Shown here one piece after another: positions 63,201-64,000 of a stretch of DNA of 64,000 nt. Within the stretch, counting starts at the first letter, position 1. Each line of letters begins with the position of its first letter. Both the position numbers and the translations under genes were made by a program. This DNA comes from Chara braunii (taxonomy: Eukaryota; Plantae; Charophyceae), in contig BFEA01000014.1 in the NCBI GenBank assembly GCA_003427395.1, positions 5,804,223 to 5,868,222 on the forward strand, in the 5' to 3' direction. The notes under the pieces are model-generated. The model was not told the origin of the DNA. It ran no database searches and was given only the letters and a program-made list of their open reading frames with translations.

Positions 63201-63924
63201 CTTCGTTCTTGCCCCGAGGAACGACAAACTCAGCAGCCTGAGCAGGATAATAGAGTACCATATGAACCGCTTATAGAGCGCTGTGCTGAAGGGCTAACAC
63301 CACCAGAACGAACTGATGCATAAAAAATCCTGCAGCAGCCAGACAACCTTGTTTTGGATGACCCCCTCTTGCCACAGTCGTCGTCGTCATCGGACCGTAG
63401 AGAATGAATCAATGCCGACAATACCCAACTTAAAGACACTTGCTCAATCATTATGCCGTTTTGTGATGATCCACCTGATATTCGGCTAGCACGTGGGTTG
63501 CATGCATTGTGTCATGAGGATTATGAAGGTACAGCCCGTGCATCTTTTTGTTTTCATACATATGATGATAATCAATACTGCACTCAAATCCGGCACCCTG
63601 ACATGTCATGTCCAATTTATAAGTGATATTTGTCTACGCCTTTATAAGCGCGGTCGGCGTGCCTCTGTGTTCCTCGCCTCTGGGAGCCACATTGTCTGTG
63701 ATATTTGTCTACGCCTTGCCATTTGGTGCAGCAACTGCGACTGCGAGAATTGGATGCGATGCTTCCACAGTCCGCAACGGAATCAGTGCTGTCCAGTCCG
63801 TGTGGCCACCTACCATAGCCAATGACTACTCCTCGACAAAAATCATCCTGCAACCCGAACACTAACTGACCTCTCATATCATTCTAGAGTGATCTGCTCC
63901 AACGGTGTGTATAGAGAACCTACT

Positions 63925-63926
<2 letters not shown>

Positions 63927-64000
<74 letters not shown>
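63927..64000. repeat. (CT)n microsatellite
   Basis: Directly visible. Confidence 0.98.

Overview
Eukaryotic, gap-containing window that is almost entirely nested transposable elements, most likely from a charophyte green alga such as Chara. That assignment is inference from a plastid ndhF fragment, Naiad/Chlamys-type Penelope elements and the Ty3/gypsy families. Contents: (i) a degenerate minus-strand Ty3/gypsy element (gag-PR-RT-RH-PHD-INT plus extra ORFs) with long TGTGACG...CGTCACA LTRs and a related solo LTR; (ii) a decayed ~10 kb minus-strand L1/Tx1-like LINE with a plastid ndhF fragment inside it; (iii) a near full-length two-ORF Penelope-like element (PLE; zinc knuckle/SAP ORF1, N-terminal GIY-YIG plus RT ORF2, ~500 bp direct repeats); (iv) three fragments of a second PLE lineage, two of which show RT followed by an S/P-rich linker, a zinc finger and a Josephin (ataxin-3-like) cysteine protease domain; (v) one intact type III hammerhead ribozyme and several copies truncated at or near the cleavage site in (TA)n or (CA)n microsatellites; (vi) a chromodomain-bearing gypsy element split by a hAT-like insertion; (vii) several MITEs; and (viii) an intronless, degenerate coatomer beta'-like WD40 plus coiled-coil pseudogene. 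No intact host gene is present. The standout candidate for a new system is the Penelope-like retroelement carrying a Josephin deubiquitinase-like domain. All protein similarities were judged by eye, without database searches.
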